DNA from: Patescibacteria group bacterium
Lineage (GTDB): Bacteria > Patescibacteriota > Minisyncoccia > Phycocordibacterales > SBAW01
Reading direction: 5' to 3'
Length of the DNA stretch: 64,000 nt
NCBI GenBank assembly: GCA_016176685.1
Contig: JACOWS010000001.1
Coordinates: 78,113-142,112, forward strand
Shown here: one piece after another, positions 17,840-27,384 of the stretch
Numbering within the stretch: the stretch's first letter is position 1
Layout: each line of letters starts with the position of its first letter
Program-made: the position numbers and the translations under genes
The notes under the pieces: generated by a model
Database searches by the model: none
Told to the model about the DNA's origin: nothing
Seen by the model: only the letters and a program-made list of their open reading frames with translations

Positions 17840-18371
17840 ATGACCAAGCAGCCGACGAAAGACATCCGAGTGGAGGTAAGTGTGCGTAATAATCTCCTTC
17901 TCACCGCGATGGAGGAGAGGGGGATCAAAAGTGTAAAAGAGCTATGGCGACAGCTTGGGGTGCCTGCTTCATACAGTCAGCTCGCCCTGCTCGCCGCGAT
18001 GAAGATCGCGGCTCGTAAAAACAACGGCGATTGGCTGGGCATAGCCCATAGGCTGGCAGATTTTTTCCGATGCTTGCCTGAGGACCTCTTTAGTGAACCT
18101 CAGCAATATGAGGCACTGAAAAAGAACCGCGCGAGAGCGCGTCATTCGTTTGCGCTTTGGATTTGAAACCGGGGAAGGAAAAACCCTGCAAGAAATCGGG
18201 GAAAAGATGGGGTTGTCCCCTTCCCGCGTAGCCCAAATAGAGCACGAAGCTCTGCGAAAGCTTAAAGGTGGTGCCGGGTACAGAAACCTTTTAATGGCGG
18301 GACTGAAGGAAGTTCGCCGCTCCGGATACCGAACCCTTAGGCCAGATGATGAGGTGCTCAAAGCCCTCTAA
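17840..18371 (+). pseudogene. Frameshifted HTH + sigma70 region 4 protein
   Basis: HTH-like frame from 17840; +1 frame from about 18120 reads RERVIRLRFGFETGEGKTLQEIGEKMGLSPSRVAQIEHEALRKL (RpoD-like region 4). Confidence 0.75.
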
Positions 18372-18389
18372 GAGTCGGTAAGATTCGAA

Positions 18390-18425
18390 ACTCGCTACCA
18401 ACAAATGGTAGCGAGTCTTTTTTCT
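18390..18425 (+). terminator. Rho-independent terminator
   Basis: actcgctacca-acaaa-tggtagcgagt followed by a T-run. Confidence 0.8.
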
Positions 18426-18434
18426 CTCAACGTC

Positions 18435-18466
18435 TCCGTCGCCGCCGGTGTGGCGATGTTTGCACT
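18435..18466 (+). repeat. 32-bp direct repeat, copy 2 (orphan trmH 3' end)
   Basis: Identical to 17733-17764; 18423-18476 reads SLNVSVAAGVAMFALLN*. Confidence 0.92.
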
Positions 18467-18561
18467 ACTAAACTAACATTAGCCCTCTCCAGTACAGAAA
18501 AGAAGGAGGTTGAAGCGTGGGGTGGCGACTCGAACCTGTGTCTGGTATAATATTACGGTAA

Positions 18562-18634
18562 CCGCCCGTAGCTCAGTTGGTAGAGCAGGAACCTTTTAAG
18601 TTCAAGGTCGCAGGTTCGATCCCTGCCGGGCGGA
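18562..18634 (+). tRNA. tRNA-Lys(UUU), CCA not encoded
   Basis: ccgcccg/cgggcgg acceptor, gctcagttggtagagc D-arm, CTTTTAA anticodon loop, GGTTCGATCC T-arm; TGGTATAAT extended -10 upstream. Confidence 0.93.
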
Positions 18635-18635
18635 C

Positions 18636-19469
18636 ATGGAAAGTTTTAAGCATAGATGCGTTGTGCTACGGAAACAAGATTACTCTCTCTTGGAAATAGC
18701 TAGGATAACCGGTAGGCCGAAGTCATCAGTGTATTTCCATATCCGCAACATACCGCTCAGCCCTAGGAAATATCAAAAAATACACGCACTCAATATACAA
18801 CACCTTCTTCGGGTTGCCCGATCTAGAAAAGGAAAGAGTATAAGGGAGTTTAAAAAAATCTACCGATGGAACCCGGAGAATGTATCGCTAGTTGCCCACC
18901 TTCTTTTCGATGGCGAAATAAAACGAAGTGGTTGTGTATACAATAACCGCAACAAAATATTGTTAAAAAAGGTCGAGGTGAGTATGAAGAAGATGTATCG
19001 TTTTTCTCCAACACGCTATTACAACCCAAACACCGGTGTCTCACGAATAAGTTATTTTAACGTGGCACTAGGAAATTACATGGAGCAAAAAGCAAAAGAA
19101 CTGTGGCAGTGTCTTGGGGAATTACCTCTTGAGACTAAAAGGTCTTTTCTTCGGGCCTTTTTCGACGATGAGGGGTGCATCGATTTTAGACCAAAAACAA
19201 ATTCTAGAAGGATACGCGGCTACCAAAAAGATATCGCAATACTGGAACACGTTTCGCAAGCGTTGCGTAATTTTGGCATTACATCAAGAATCCAAAAACC
19301 AAATGAGGTGGTTATTACCGGCCGCAATAATTTGATCATGTTTCAAAAAGAGATAGGGTTTACCGCTGGAGTGTATATCAACGGGAACCGATCAAATAGT
19401 ATCTGGAAAAAACATCTAGAGAAGCGAGAAATCCTCGCCAGAGCAATTCACTCATATATTAAAGTGTGA
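18636..19469 (+). CDS. HTH + double-motif LAGLIDADG-like protein
   Basis: N-terminal HTH (YSLLEIARITGRPKSSVY); VAHLLFDGEI and FLRAFFDDEGCI helices; AT-richer than flanks. Confidence 0.8.
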   Translation: MESFKHRCVVLRKQDYSLLEIARITGRPKSSVYFHIRNIPLSPRKYQKIHALNIQHLLRVARSRKGKSIREFKKIYRWNPENVSLVAHLLFDGEIKRSGCVYNNRNKILLKKVEVSMKKMYRFSPTRYYNPNTGVSRISYFNVALGNYMEQKAKELWQCLGELPLETKRSFLRAFFDDEGCIDFRPKTNSRRIRGYQKDIAILEHVSQALRNFGITSRIQKPNEVVITGRNNLIMFQKEIGFTAGVYINGNRSNSIWKKHLEKREILARAIHSYIKV

Positions 19470-20019
19470 GTGCGAAACGCTCCAAAAGGAGTTCTAGGTC
19501 GCCCAAGCCGCGGTGGGAGTCGTGGTACATCCACACAATCTGCCGCGAGAGTGCCGCATCTTTCATGGCCCTGGCCTTCCAGGCCAACAAACCGGCAAGG
19601 GCCTCGGGCTTCTCCCCCGCGCGCAGTGCCGCCGTGAGCCCCAACCATAGTTTTTTCTTGTCGCGCGCGCCCAATGCCGCGGCAAGTCCAAACCGGTCAA
19701 ATGTGAACTCTTCTTTTTTTGGCTTCTCAATTTTTTCTATTGTTGCCCCTGCTTTGGCAAGCGCGTCGGTTTCTTTTTTTAAAAGTTTTTCTTCTTCAAA
19801 GATAAAGGTGTGGGGCGAGCCAGCAAGCTCTTTTGCCATGTCTATAAACTCCTCCCTGCGCGCACCGGCAAGCGCCCCCACCAGCACAAAAATGCGCGCG
19901 CCGCCAAACAAAGCTTGTGTTGTTGCAAGTGCCACTACTTCCTCTAACGAAATTACTTCCCACTTTATTTCTTCGCTTCCCTTGGGTCGCCTTTTTTGTC
20001 CAACAATTACGGTAATCAT
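19459..20019 (-). CDS. holA: Short DNA polymerase III delta subunit-like protein
   Basis: ALFGG motif, F.L..ALGARDKK, LERFAL C-terminus; ATGA-coupled to polA. Confidence 0.6.
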   Translation of the reverse strand: MITVIVGQKRRPKGSEEIKWEVISLEEVVALATTQALFGGARIFVLVGALAGARREEFIDMAKELAGSPHTFIFEEEKLLKKETDALAKAGATIEKIEKPKKEEFTFDRFGLAAALGARDKKKLWLGLTAALRAGEKPEALAGLLAWKARAMKDAALSRQIVWMYHDSHRGLGDLELLLERFALTL

Positions 20020-22457
20020 AACGGTTTCATTTCTCCCCAATTTTTTCCCGCCTTACCTTCGGCGATAAACGGTATCCCCTGGCGCTCCTTTTCACTCATC
20101 ACCTGCTCCATAATATGTTTTATTTTGGGGGCAAGCGCCGCAACCCGCTCCTCCTCTATCTCAAAAACCAACTCGTCGTGTACCTGCAAAAGCAGGTGCG
20201 CCTTGTCGCCATGATTTTCTTTTGTAAATAGTTCGTCCACTTGTATCATCGCGAGCTTCACCAGGTCGGCTTGGGTCCCCTGCATCGGGGCGTTGACCGC
20301 CATGCGCTCGGCCGCCGCGCGCACGTAGGGTATAGGCGAGTGTATGCCCTCAAAGTACCGCCGCCGGCCAAAGTAGGTTTGCGTGTAGCCCTCGCGAGCC
20401 GCCTGTCCTTTTACCTCATCCACATACCGCGCCAAGCGCGGAAAAACTTCGAAGTACTTGTTGTAAAACTCCTGCGCCTCGGCCCGCGAGGTGCCGAGCG
20501 ACTCTTTTAAGGCGTTCACCCCCATGCCGTAGAGAATGCCGAAGTTGATAACCTTGGCGCGGCGACGCTGCTCATACGTTACCTCCTCTGGTTTTATTTT
20601 AAATACGCGCGCCGCCACCTCGGCATGCGCATCCCGACCGCTCTTAAAAATCCCCATGAGCCATGGGTCTTTGGAGAGCAGAGCCGCAATGCGCAACTCT
20701 ATCTGGCTATAATCAAAAGCAACCAGTGCATACCCCTCTGCGGCGACAAACGCGCGGCGTATCGCGCGCCCAAGCTCTGTCTTGATAGGAATGTTCTGCA
20801 GGTTGGGGTTTTGCGAGGCAAGCCGGCCTGTTGAAGTGCCGGTCTGCACAAAAGTGGTGTGCAGGCGGTCTTTTTTGTCGAGCAACATTGGTATTGCGTC
20901 GATGTAGGTGGAAAGGAGTTTGGACAACTCGCGGTATAGAAGTACGTCGGCAATCACCGGGTGCACACCCTGCAGTTTTACCAGCTCGGACTCGCGGGTG
21001 GAACGCGCGCCGCCGGCCGTCTTCTTCTGGTTTTTTGCCGAGAGCCCGAGCTTATCAAACAGCACCTCGCCCAACTGTTTGGGCGAGGAAATGTTAAACT
21101 CGCCGCCCGCCGCCCGGTAAATGCGCCCGGCTATTTTATCGAGCTCGCCGTGGTATTCTGTGGAAAGTTTTTTCAAAAAAGCTCGGTCTATAGAGATGCC
21201 GCGTCGCTCCATCTTGCGCAAAATCGGTATGAGCGGGCGCTCTATCTTCTCGTACACGAAGGTCAGCCCTCTTTTTTCTATCTCCACGAGTATATTTTTT
21301 TTTGCCTCGGCAAAGTCGTGGCTCTTCCCTGCGCGGTAGAGGTCGTCAAGGGTCGGCTCGGTAACGGATGAGTCGAGCAACCACACGGCAACCGCCAGTT
21401 GCTGAAACTCTTCGTCGTCTATAGACGGGGTGCCGGCGGGGCTGCTAGGGTTTTCCGCCAAAACTCCCACTGAAAAAGTCCTCGGTGTCCTCGCGTTGCT
21501 CAAAGCAACGCTTGCGCCAGACTTTTCCAATGGGAGTTTTGGCTCTAAAAGCTCCCGCACGCGCGGTATGAGCGAGCGAAATTCAAGCTCCGACAAAAGG
21601 TCAAGTAAGGGCGTGGGGTTGGCGCTCTCGCGCCAGGTCTTAGCAGGCAGAGTAAAATCTATAGGAACGTCGCGATGTATGGTGGCCAGCTCTTTTGAAA
21701 GCTCGGCCTCTTCCCTCCCCTCTTTTATCTTTTCAAATGTGGCGCCCTTCACCCCGGCCGCCGCAAGCCAATCCGGATGTTTTTCAACCGCATCGTAAAT
21801 TTTTTCAAGCCCCCCGAACTGCGACACCAACGATGTTGCCGTTTTCTCGCCGATGCCTTTAATACCCGGGATATTGTCGGATGGGTCGCCGCGCAACCCT
21901 TTGTAGTCCGGCAACAGTTCAGGACCGAAGCCAAACCGCTCCCTCACCCCCGCCTCGTCGTAAAGCACCGTTTCCGAAAGACCTTTCTTAAGCGTGTAGA
22001 CCCGCACCCGGTCGTCATCCACCAGCTGGAGCGTGTCCATGTCGCCGGACGCGATGATAATGTCAACATTATTCTGATGTTTGAGTTTTTTCACCACAGT
22101 ACCCAACACATCGTCTGCCTCAAAACCCTGCTTCTCGTACCGCGGGATGCCAAAGGCGTCCAAAACATCGCGCGAGCGCTTAATCTGCGCAATTAAATCA
22201 TCCTCGGCCTTGGGGCGGGTCGCTTTGTACTCTTTAAACGCGGCGTGGCGGTAGGTGGGGCCCGGCAGGTCAAACGCCGCGGCAAGGTAGTCTGGCTTCA
22301 GCTCGGCAATAATACGCACCAACATAGAGATGAGCCCGTACAATGCGCCGGTTGGTTCGCCTTTAGAGGAAGAAAAGTCCGGCAGTGCGTGGTACGCACG
22401 GTGCAGTATCGCGTGGGTGTCTAGCAACACTAACCGCTTTCTTTTTTTGGTATCCAT
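20016..22457 (-). CDS. polA: DNA polymerase I
   Basis: 5'-3' exonuclease (HRAYHA, EADD, GDPSDNIPG) and Pol A motifs (DYSQIELR, AKVINFGILYG, QVHDEL). Confidence 0.97.
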   Translation of the reverse strand: MDTKKRKRLVLLDTHAILHRAYHALPDFSSSKGEPTGALYGLISMLVRIIAELKPDYLAAAFDLPGPTYRHAAFKEYKATRPKAEDDLIAQIKRSRDVLDAFGIPRYEKQGFEADDVLGTVVKKLKHQNNVDIIIASGDMDTLQLVDDDRVRVYTLKKGLSETVLYDEAGVRERFGFGPELLPDYKGLRGDPSDNIPGIKGIGEKTATSLVSQFGGLEKIYDAVEKHPDWLAAAGVKGATFEKIKEGREEAELSKELATIHRDVPIDFTLPAKTWRESANPTPLLDLLSELEFRSLIPRVRELLEPKLPLEKSGASVALSNARTPRTFSVGVLAENPSSPAGTPSIDDEEFQQLAVAVWLLDSSVTEPTLDDLYRAGKSHDFAEAKKNILVEIEKRGLTFVYEKIERPLIPILRKMERRGISIDRAFLKKLSTEYHGELDKIAGRIYRAAGGEFNISSPKQLGEVLFDKLGLSAKNQKKTAGGARSTRESELVKLQGVHPVIADVLLYRELSKLLSTYIDAIPMLLDKKDRLHTTFVQTGTSTGRLASQNPNLQNIPIKTELGRAIRRAFVAAEGYALVAFDYSQIELRIAALLSKDPWLMGIFKSGRDAHAEVAARVFKIKPEEVTYEQRRRAKVINFGILYGMGVNALKESLGTSRAEAQEFYNKYFEVFPRLARYVDEVKGQAAREGYTQTYFGRRRYFEGIHSPIPYVRAAAERMAVNAPMQGTQADLVKLAMIQVDELFTKENHGDKAHLLLQVHDELVFEIEEERVAALAPKIKHIMEQVMSEKERQGIPFIAEGKAGKNWGEMKPL
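21457..21543. repeat. 87-bp hairpin element in frame inside polA
   Basis: Outer arms gccaaaactccca..aaaagtc / gactttt..tgggagttttggc; 53-nt core shared with 58664-58716. Confidence 0.88.
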
Positions 22458-22465
22458 AGATTCTG

Positions 22466-22499
22466 GGACTTCGTAAGTCCTCGGGGACTTACGAAGTCC
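22466..22499. repeat. Inverted REP-like doublet
   Basis: ggacttcgtaagtcc-tcgg-ggacttacgaagtcc; contains the tsaE stop codon. Confidence 0.8.
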
Positions 22500-22944
22500 T
22501 AATATCAATATACCGCTCTTTCTCCCCTGCATTTTCGGACGAGAATTGTAGCGTCATATCGGGTACGGGGAGTGCACCCCCGACCCGCTCCGGCCACTCG
22601 ATGCACACCAGGTTGTGCGGGTCTTCTAAAAACCGCTCGGGCCGCAGAGCCGCAAACTCCTTAGCGCCCTCCAAACGGTAGGCATCTATGTGTATGAGGC
22701 GCGCAAAGCGCGGATGGTGCGGTATGTGGTAGCTCTTCATCAATACATAGGTAGGGCTTTGTATAGTGTCTGCTATACCAAGCTCTTTTGCGAGTGCCTG
22801 CACAAACGTGGTCTTCCCGGCTCCCAAGTCGCCCAGCAAGGCAATTATGGTCGCTTTGTTGCCTTGCAAATCCTTGGCGAAGTTTGGACCAGCCAACAGT
22901 CTGTGTACAAAATCTCCGAGCCTCTTCAGCAGCACTTTTTCCAT
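22489..22944 (-). CDS. tsaE: tRNA threonylcarbamoyladenosine biosynthesis ATPase
   Basis: GDLGAGKTTF, SPTY, HIDAYRL, IEWPE. Confidence 0.95.
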   Translation of the reverse strand: MEKVLLKRLGDFVHRLLAGPNFAKDLQGNKATIIALLGDLGAGKTTFVQALAKELGIADTIQSPTYVLMKSYHIPHHPRFARLIHIDAYRLEGAKEFAALRPERFLEDPHNLVCIEWPERVGGALPVPDMTLQFSSENAGEKERYIDIRTS

Positions 22945-23014
22945 ACGCGCAGTATACCAAGGCGACACCTTCCAAAGCTAAGGAGTCGCCTTAAAACTGC
23001 TACAATACACAGGT

Positions 23015-24697
23015 ATGGTCCAGTTTAGAGATGCCGAGGAACAAAAACATTTAGACTTTCTGCGCAAGCGCGAGGAAGAAGATCTCGCGCAAATGCTCGC
23101 ACAAAAATATGGAGTAGCGTATGTCGACCTTACGCTGGTTGCTATAAACGCAGATGCCTTGCGGTTGATAACAGAAGCAGACGCCCGCAACGCCGAGGCG
23201 GCGACCTTTGGCCGTGTCGGCAAGCACGTGTCTCTTGCCGCACGCTCACCGGAAAACCCCAAAGTCAAAGCGCTGGTTGAGAAACTAAAAGAGCTTGGAT
23301 ATCAGGTGGTGGTCTTCATCACTTCAAGCGAGTCGCTCAAGCGCGCGTTTGAGCGCTATGCCGACCTTTCCTATGCAACCGAAACAAAGGCCGGGGTGTT
23401 TGAACTCTCCAACCAAGAGCTTGAGGATCTGTTGGGTAAGGTCGAGAAATTGGAGGACGTTAGTACACTCATCAACGAAGCCATAGAGCTTAAAAAAGCC
23501 TATCGCATTACTCGTATACTGGAAGTTGTTCTTGCAGGAGGCCTTTCCACCGGGGCCTCGGATGTACATTTTGAGCCGGAGGAAAAGTCGGTGCGCCTGC
23601 GCTACCGGCTAGACGGCGTCTTGACCGATGTAACCATGTTCGACCACGAGACCTACGGCTTAGTTTTGAGCCGGCTTAAACTGCTCTCCGGGCTCAAACT
23701 AAATGTCGAGCACGAGGCGCAGGACGGACGTTTTTCCGTAAAAATAAAAGAGAGCGAGATAGAACTGCGCACCAGTGTTTTGCCCGGCAACTATGCCGAG
23801 ACTTTGGTGATGCGTATCCTTAACCCCACTACCATCGGGGTGCAGCTTGAAGCGCTCGGCCTTGAGGAAAAGTTGCGTATGCGGATAGAAAAAGAGCTGG
23901 AAAAACCAAACGGTATGATACTCACCACCGGTCCCACCGGTTCCGGCAAAACTACGACGCTCTACGCCTTTTTGCGCAAGGTTAACAAGCCGGGGAATAA
24001 AATTATCACCATTGAAGACCCTATCGAGTACCACCTGGACGGCATTGTGCAGACACAGGTTGATATAAAAAAATACAGCTTTGCCCAAGGGCTACGCTCG
24101 GCACTTCGGCAAGACCCGGACATCATTATGGTGGGCGAGATACGCGACGGAGAGGTTGCCGAGGTGGCTATCAACGCGGCGCTCACCGGACACCTGGTGT
24201 TCTCAACACTCCACACCAACGACGCGGCGGGGTCGTTCCCCCGGCTTATTGACCTTGGCGTCAGCGAAAAAGTGCTTTCCTCCGCCATTAACGTAGCGAT
24301 TGCACAGCGGCTGGTACGCACCCTGTGCACACAATGTAAAAAGGGGCGGACGGCGACTCCAGAGGAGCAAAAAATTATAAACGACACGCTCGCTGGAGTA
24401 ACCGACCAGTCGCTGGTGCCACAGGATAACACAAAGGTATATGATGCAGGCAAGGAAGGATGCGGTGCGTGCCATGGGCGCGGCTACAAAGGGCGCATTG
24501 GCATATTTGAGGCGATATTTATGGATAGTGCCATAGAAACAATTTTGCGCGAAAAGCCCAGCGAGCGCGAGGTCGCCGCCGCGGCCAAGCCGCAAGGCAT
24601 CCCCACCATACAGCAGGACGGCATTATCAAGGTCTTGCGCGGCATTACCTCGCTTGAGGAGTTAGCGCGCGTGGCAGACCTACACACTGCCAATTGA
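23015..24697 (+). CDS. pilB: PilB/GspE family pilus assembly ATPase
   Basis: ASDVHFEP, GPTGSGKTTT, EDPIE, LRQDPD, TGHLVFSTLHTN, two CxxC. Confidence 0.9.
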   Translation: MVQFRDAEEQKHLDFLRKREEEDLAQMLAQKYGVAYVDLTLVAINADALRLITEADARNAEAATFGRVGKHVSLAARSPENPKVKALVEKLKELGYQVVVFITSSESLKRAFERYADLSYATETKAGVFELSNQELEDLLGKVEKLEDVSTLINEAIELKKAYRITRILEVVLAGGLSTGASDVHFEPEEKSVRLRYRLDGVLTDVTMFDHETYGLVLSRLKLLSGLKLNVEHEAQDGRFSVKIKESEIELRTSVLPGNYAETLVMRILNPTTIGVQLEALGLEEKLRMRIEKELEKPNGMILTTGPTGSGKTTTLYAFLRKVNKPGNKIITIEDPIEYHLDGIVQTQVDIKKYSFAQGLRSALRQDPDIIMVGEIRDGEVAEVAINAALTGHLVFSTLHTNDAAGSFPRLIDLGVSEKVLSSAINVAIAQRLVRTLCTQCKKGRTATPEEQKIINDTLAGVTDQSLVPQDNTKVYDAGKEGCGACHGRGYKGRIGIFEAIFMDSAIETILREKPSEREVAAAAKPQGIPTIQQDGIIKVLRGITSLEELARVADLHTAN

Positions 24698-24987
24698 AAA
24701 AGCTTCCGGGTCAATGTTGCACATGGACTCCCGCACGGTAGAGTGGAGTGGGAAGAATTTCAGCTCTTTTATGAGAAAAATCGGGAATGTACACCTCCAA
24801 GCAACAACCTTATCGAGCGTGTCGAAAAGCGAAAACCAACATTGGGGATGGCCCCCGCGCTACTCCACAAGGGGATAGGCCGGAGCGTCCCTACGTCGGT
24901 TCCGAAACCTGCGAGAGGCCGCATTGTTTGGAGGTGTACGCACCCGAAGAAAAATCGCTAGTAAAAGCCTAGCATACTTAAAAAAAT

Positions 24988-26049
24988 ATGTCAAGCGCCC
25001 CAAAACACCCAAGAAAAAAATCTGACGTTGCAGGGGCCGGGGGAGAACCTCTTGCCGCGGCGCCGCAGGACTCGTTTTTGGACCAAACATTGCGCCCCGC
25101 CTCGTGGGACGAGTACGTCGGCCAGGAAAGTATCAAAAACAACCTGCATATACTGATACGCGCGGCAAAAGAGCGCGCCGCGCCGCCGGAACATATTTTG
25201 TTTTACGGCCCGCCCGGGCTTGGCAAGACCACGCTCGCCCACCTTATTGCACGCGAGCTCGGCGGTACCCTGCGCGCAACCTCGGGGCCCGCTATAGAGC
25301 GCGTCGGCGACCTGGCCGCTCTTCTTTCCAACCTATCGCCCGGCGACATTCTGTTTATAGACGAGATACACCGCCTAGCCCGCACTATAGAAGAGGTGCT
25401 TTACCCGGCCATGGAGTCGGGCGTCCTCAACATTATCATCGGCAAGGGGCCCTCGGCCCGCACCCTGGAGCTCCCGCTCCCGCCCTTTACACTCATAGCC
25501 GCTACCACACGCGTGGCCGACCTCTCGGCACCATTGCGTAGCCGTTTTGGCGGTGGAGTTTTCCGGCTTGAGTTTTATTCAGAAAAAGATATCGCGCAGA
25601 TTGTTCACCGCTCGGCAAATATACTAGGTGTAGTGGTAAAAGATGATGGTGTTGCTGAAATTGCCAAGAGGAGCCGGGCCACACCGCGCACCGCCAACTA
25701 TCTGCTCAAGCGCGTGCGCGACTACGCACAGCTTAAACGCACCGCGCTTACCCGCGAAGCGGTAGAGACAGCGCTGGGTATGCTCGAGGTCGACCTGTTG
25801 GGGCTCACGCCTCTTGATAGAAAACTGTTAGAGGTGTTGATAGAGCGATTTGGCGGCGGCCCCGCGGGGGTCAACGCGCTGGCGGCCGCACTGAGCGAGG
25901 AGCCAAACACCATTTCGGAAGTGCACGAGCCGTTTCTGCTCCAGATAGGGCTCATCGAGCGCACTCCGCGCGGCCGCGTGGCCACCAGGGCGGCCTACCT
26001 GCACTTGGGCAAAGTGCCACCCCAAGGATTGAACGAAAAACTCCTGTAG
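24988..26049 (+). CDS. ruvB: Holliday junction helicase RuvB
   Basis: LRP...[27 protein letters not shown]. Confidence 0.97.
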   Translation: MSSAPKHPRKKSDVAGAGGEPLAAAPQDSFLDQTLRPASWDEYVGQESIKNNLHILIRAAKERAAPPEHILFYGPPGLGKTTLAHLIARELGGTLRATSGPAIERVGDLAALLSNLSPGDILFIDEIHRLARTIEEVLYPAMESGVLNIIIGKGPSARTLELPLPPFTLIAATTRVADLSAPLRSRFGGGVFRLEFYSEKDIAQIVHRSANILGVVVKDDGVAEIAKRSRATPRTANYLLKRVRDYAQLKRTALTREAVETALGMLEVDLLGLTPLDRKLLEVLIERFGGGPAGVNALAAALSEEPNTISEVHEPFLLQIGLIERTPRGRVATRAAYLHLGKVPPQGLNEKLL

Positions 26050-26064
26050 TGTAAAACTGTATCT

Positions 26065-26592
26065 ATGGCGGGACACAGTAAATGGGCGAAGTTGAAGCAT
26101 GTTAAGGGTAAAACCGATGCGCAAAAGAGCAAGGTCTTTTCCAAACTCGTGCGCTTTATCTCGGTTGAGGCAAAAAAGTCTAAGGGTGACCGCTCTGCCC
26201 CCGGGTTGCGCGCGGCGGTTGAGAAGGCGCGCGCGGCAAACATGCCGCAGGAAAACATAGACCGCGCGATAGACAAAGCATCAACGTCCGGAGAGCTAGA
26301 GCCGGTGGTATATGAGGCATACGGCCCCGGCGGCGTGGCGCTCATAATCGACGGGTACACCGACTCGCGCAACCGCACCGCGCAGGAAATAAAGCACCTT
26401 CTTTTGCTCCACGGCTCCTCATTGGCAACCCCGGGCGCAGCCAGCTGGGCGTTTAGCAAAAATGCGGAAGGAGCGCTTGAGCCCATGACTGCGGTCGAAA
26501 TTTCCGAAGAAGACGGGCAGAAGCTCGCCGAGCTCGTTGACGCGCTGGAAGAGCACGACGATATCAACAATGTATACACCAATGCGGCGTAA
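26065..26592 (+). CDS. yebC: YebC/PmpR family protein (short form)
   Basis: MAGHSKW, NMP.ENI.RAI, YEAYGPGG, DDINNVYTN. Confidence 0.93.
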   Translation: MAGHSKWAKLKHVKGKTDAQKSKVFSKLVRFISVEAKKSKGDRSAPGLRAAVEKARAANMPQENIDRAIDKASTSGELEPVVYEAYGPGGVALIIDGYTDSRNRTAQEIKHLLLLHGSSLATPGAASWAFSKNAEGALEPMTAVEISEEDGQKLAELVDALEEHDDINNVYTNAA

Positions 26593-27118
26593 AGGTTCGA
26601 CCTTGAAGAGCCTGGGTGTTAAGGTCGAACCTTGGAGAGTTTTGGCGTGCGACCCCGGTTTTGAGCGGCTGGGTGTTGCGGTGCTAGAAAAAAATTATTC
26701 TACAAACTCAAAGCAAGAAAAATTCTTATACTCCGACTGCATCCGCACTGATGCAGCGCTTCCATTCCACAGGCGGCTACAGATTATTGGTTCTGCGGTC
26801 GAACTTCTTTTAAAAGAGTGGCGGCCGGATGCGGTGGCGCTTGAGGATGTGTACTTTGCTAAAAACGAAAAGACCGCGATGAAGATAGCCGAGGTGCGGG
26901 GCATGTTGACCTACCTTGCCGTGTTGCAGGGTCTGCCATTGTTTGAGTACTCGCCCGCCGAGGTTAAGGCCGCTGTCACCGGGTACGGCAAGGGTGACAA
27001 GCGGGCGGTAGCCGTCATGGTGCCCAAGCTCATTGCACTGCCGCAAAAAAAGCGCCTGGATGACGAGCTTGACGCCATTGCGGTGGGCCTTACCTGCCTG
27101 GCCTCGGCAAGATTTTAG
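26582..27118 (+). CDS. ruvC: Crossover junction endodeoxyribonuclease RuvC with repeat-derived N-terminus
   Basis: DPGFERLG, ALE, EVRG, GYGKGDK, DDELDA; start uncertain (ATG 26582 or TTG 26603). Confidence 0.93.
   Translation: MRRKGSTLKSLGVKVEPWRVLACDPGFERLGVAVLEKNYSTNSKQEKFLYSDCIRTDAALPFHRRLQIIGSAVELLLKEWRPDAVALEDVYFAKNEKTAMKIAEVRGMLTYLAVLQGLPLFEYSPAEVKAAVTGYGKGDKRAVAVMVPKLIALPQKKRLDDELDAIAVGLTCLASARF
26592..26633. repeat. aaggttcgacctt/aaggtcgaacctt inverted doublet
   Basis: Same 13-nt arms as 27432-27473 and 56621-56661. Confidence 0.88.
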
Positions 27119-27247
27119 CTACGCTAGGATTGGCCGCAGGGTAATAACCGGCAGATATCCACAGGCACTACTGATACTGATTGCAAAATTAGGCAGGTTT
27201 GGTACAAACTGGTCATTGGGCTAATTATCAACCGTAGCATTGCTTGT

Positions 27248-27382
27248 ATGTATATGCGCGAGGAGTTTGAACTAGAGGATCCCCTGCTCGATGAGATGGG
27301 TGACGATGCAGAAACGGATGACAAGGCGGAGGAAGAGGAGGATGCGGACGAAGAAGAGGCGGCTGATAGCGAAGAAGTGTAG
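27248..27382 (+). CDS. 44-aa highly acidic microprotein (absent from the ORF track)
   Basis: MYMREEFELEDPLLDEMGDDAETDDKAEEEEDADEEEAADSEEV*; TAGCAT 7 nt before the ATG; terminator just after the stop. Confidence 0.65.
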   Translation: MYMREEFELEDPLLDEMGDDAETDDKAEEEEDADEEEAADSEEV

Positions 27383-27384
27383 GG

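Noticed and set aside
18110-18150. Programmed -1 frameshift at AAAAAG joining the HTH and sigma-4 frames
   Set aside because: The required shift is +1 and region 4 lacks its first helix; a deletion explains this better.
18515-18536. tRNA-like fragment (minus strand ggttcgagtcgccaccccacgc)
   Set aside because: The T-stem does not pair and there is no cloverleaf; at most a weak att relic.
18562-19469. Group I intron or intein hosting the LAGLIDADG ORF
   Set aside because: The tRNA is complete and uninterrupted, and the ORF lacks intein terminal residues and a host protein.
24717-24972. Small ORFs between pilB and ruvB
   Set aside because: Overlapping short frames without motifs; a promoter-like TTGCAC/TAGAGT is present, but no frame or RNA structure could be supported.
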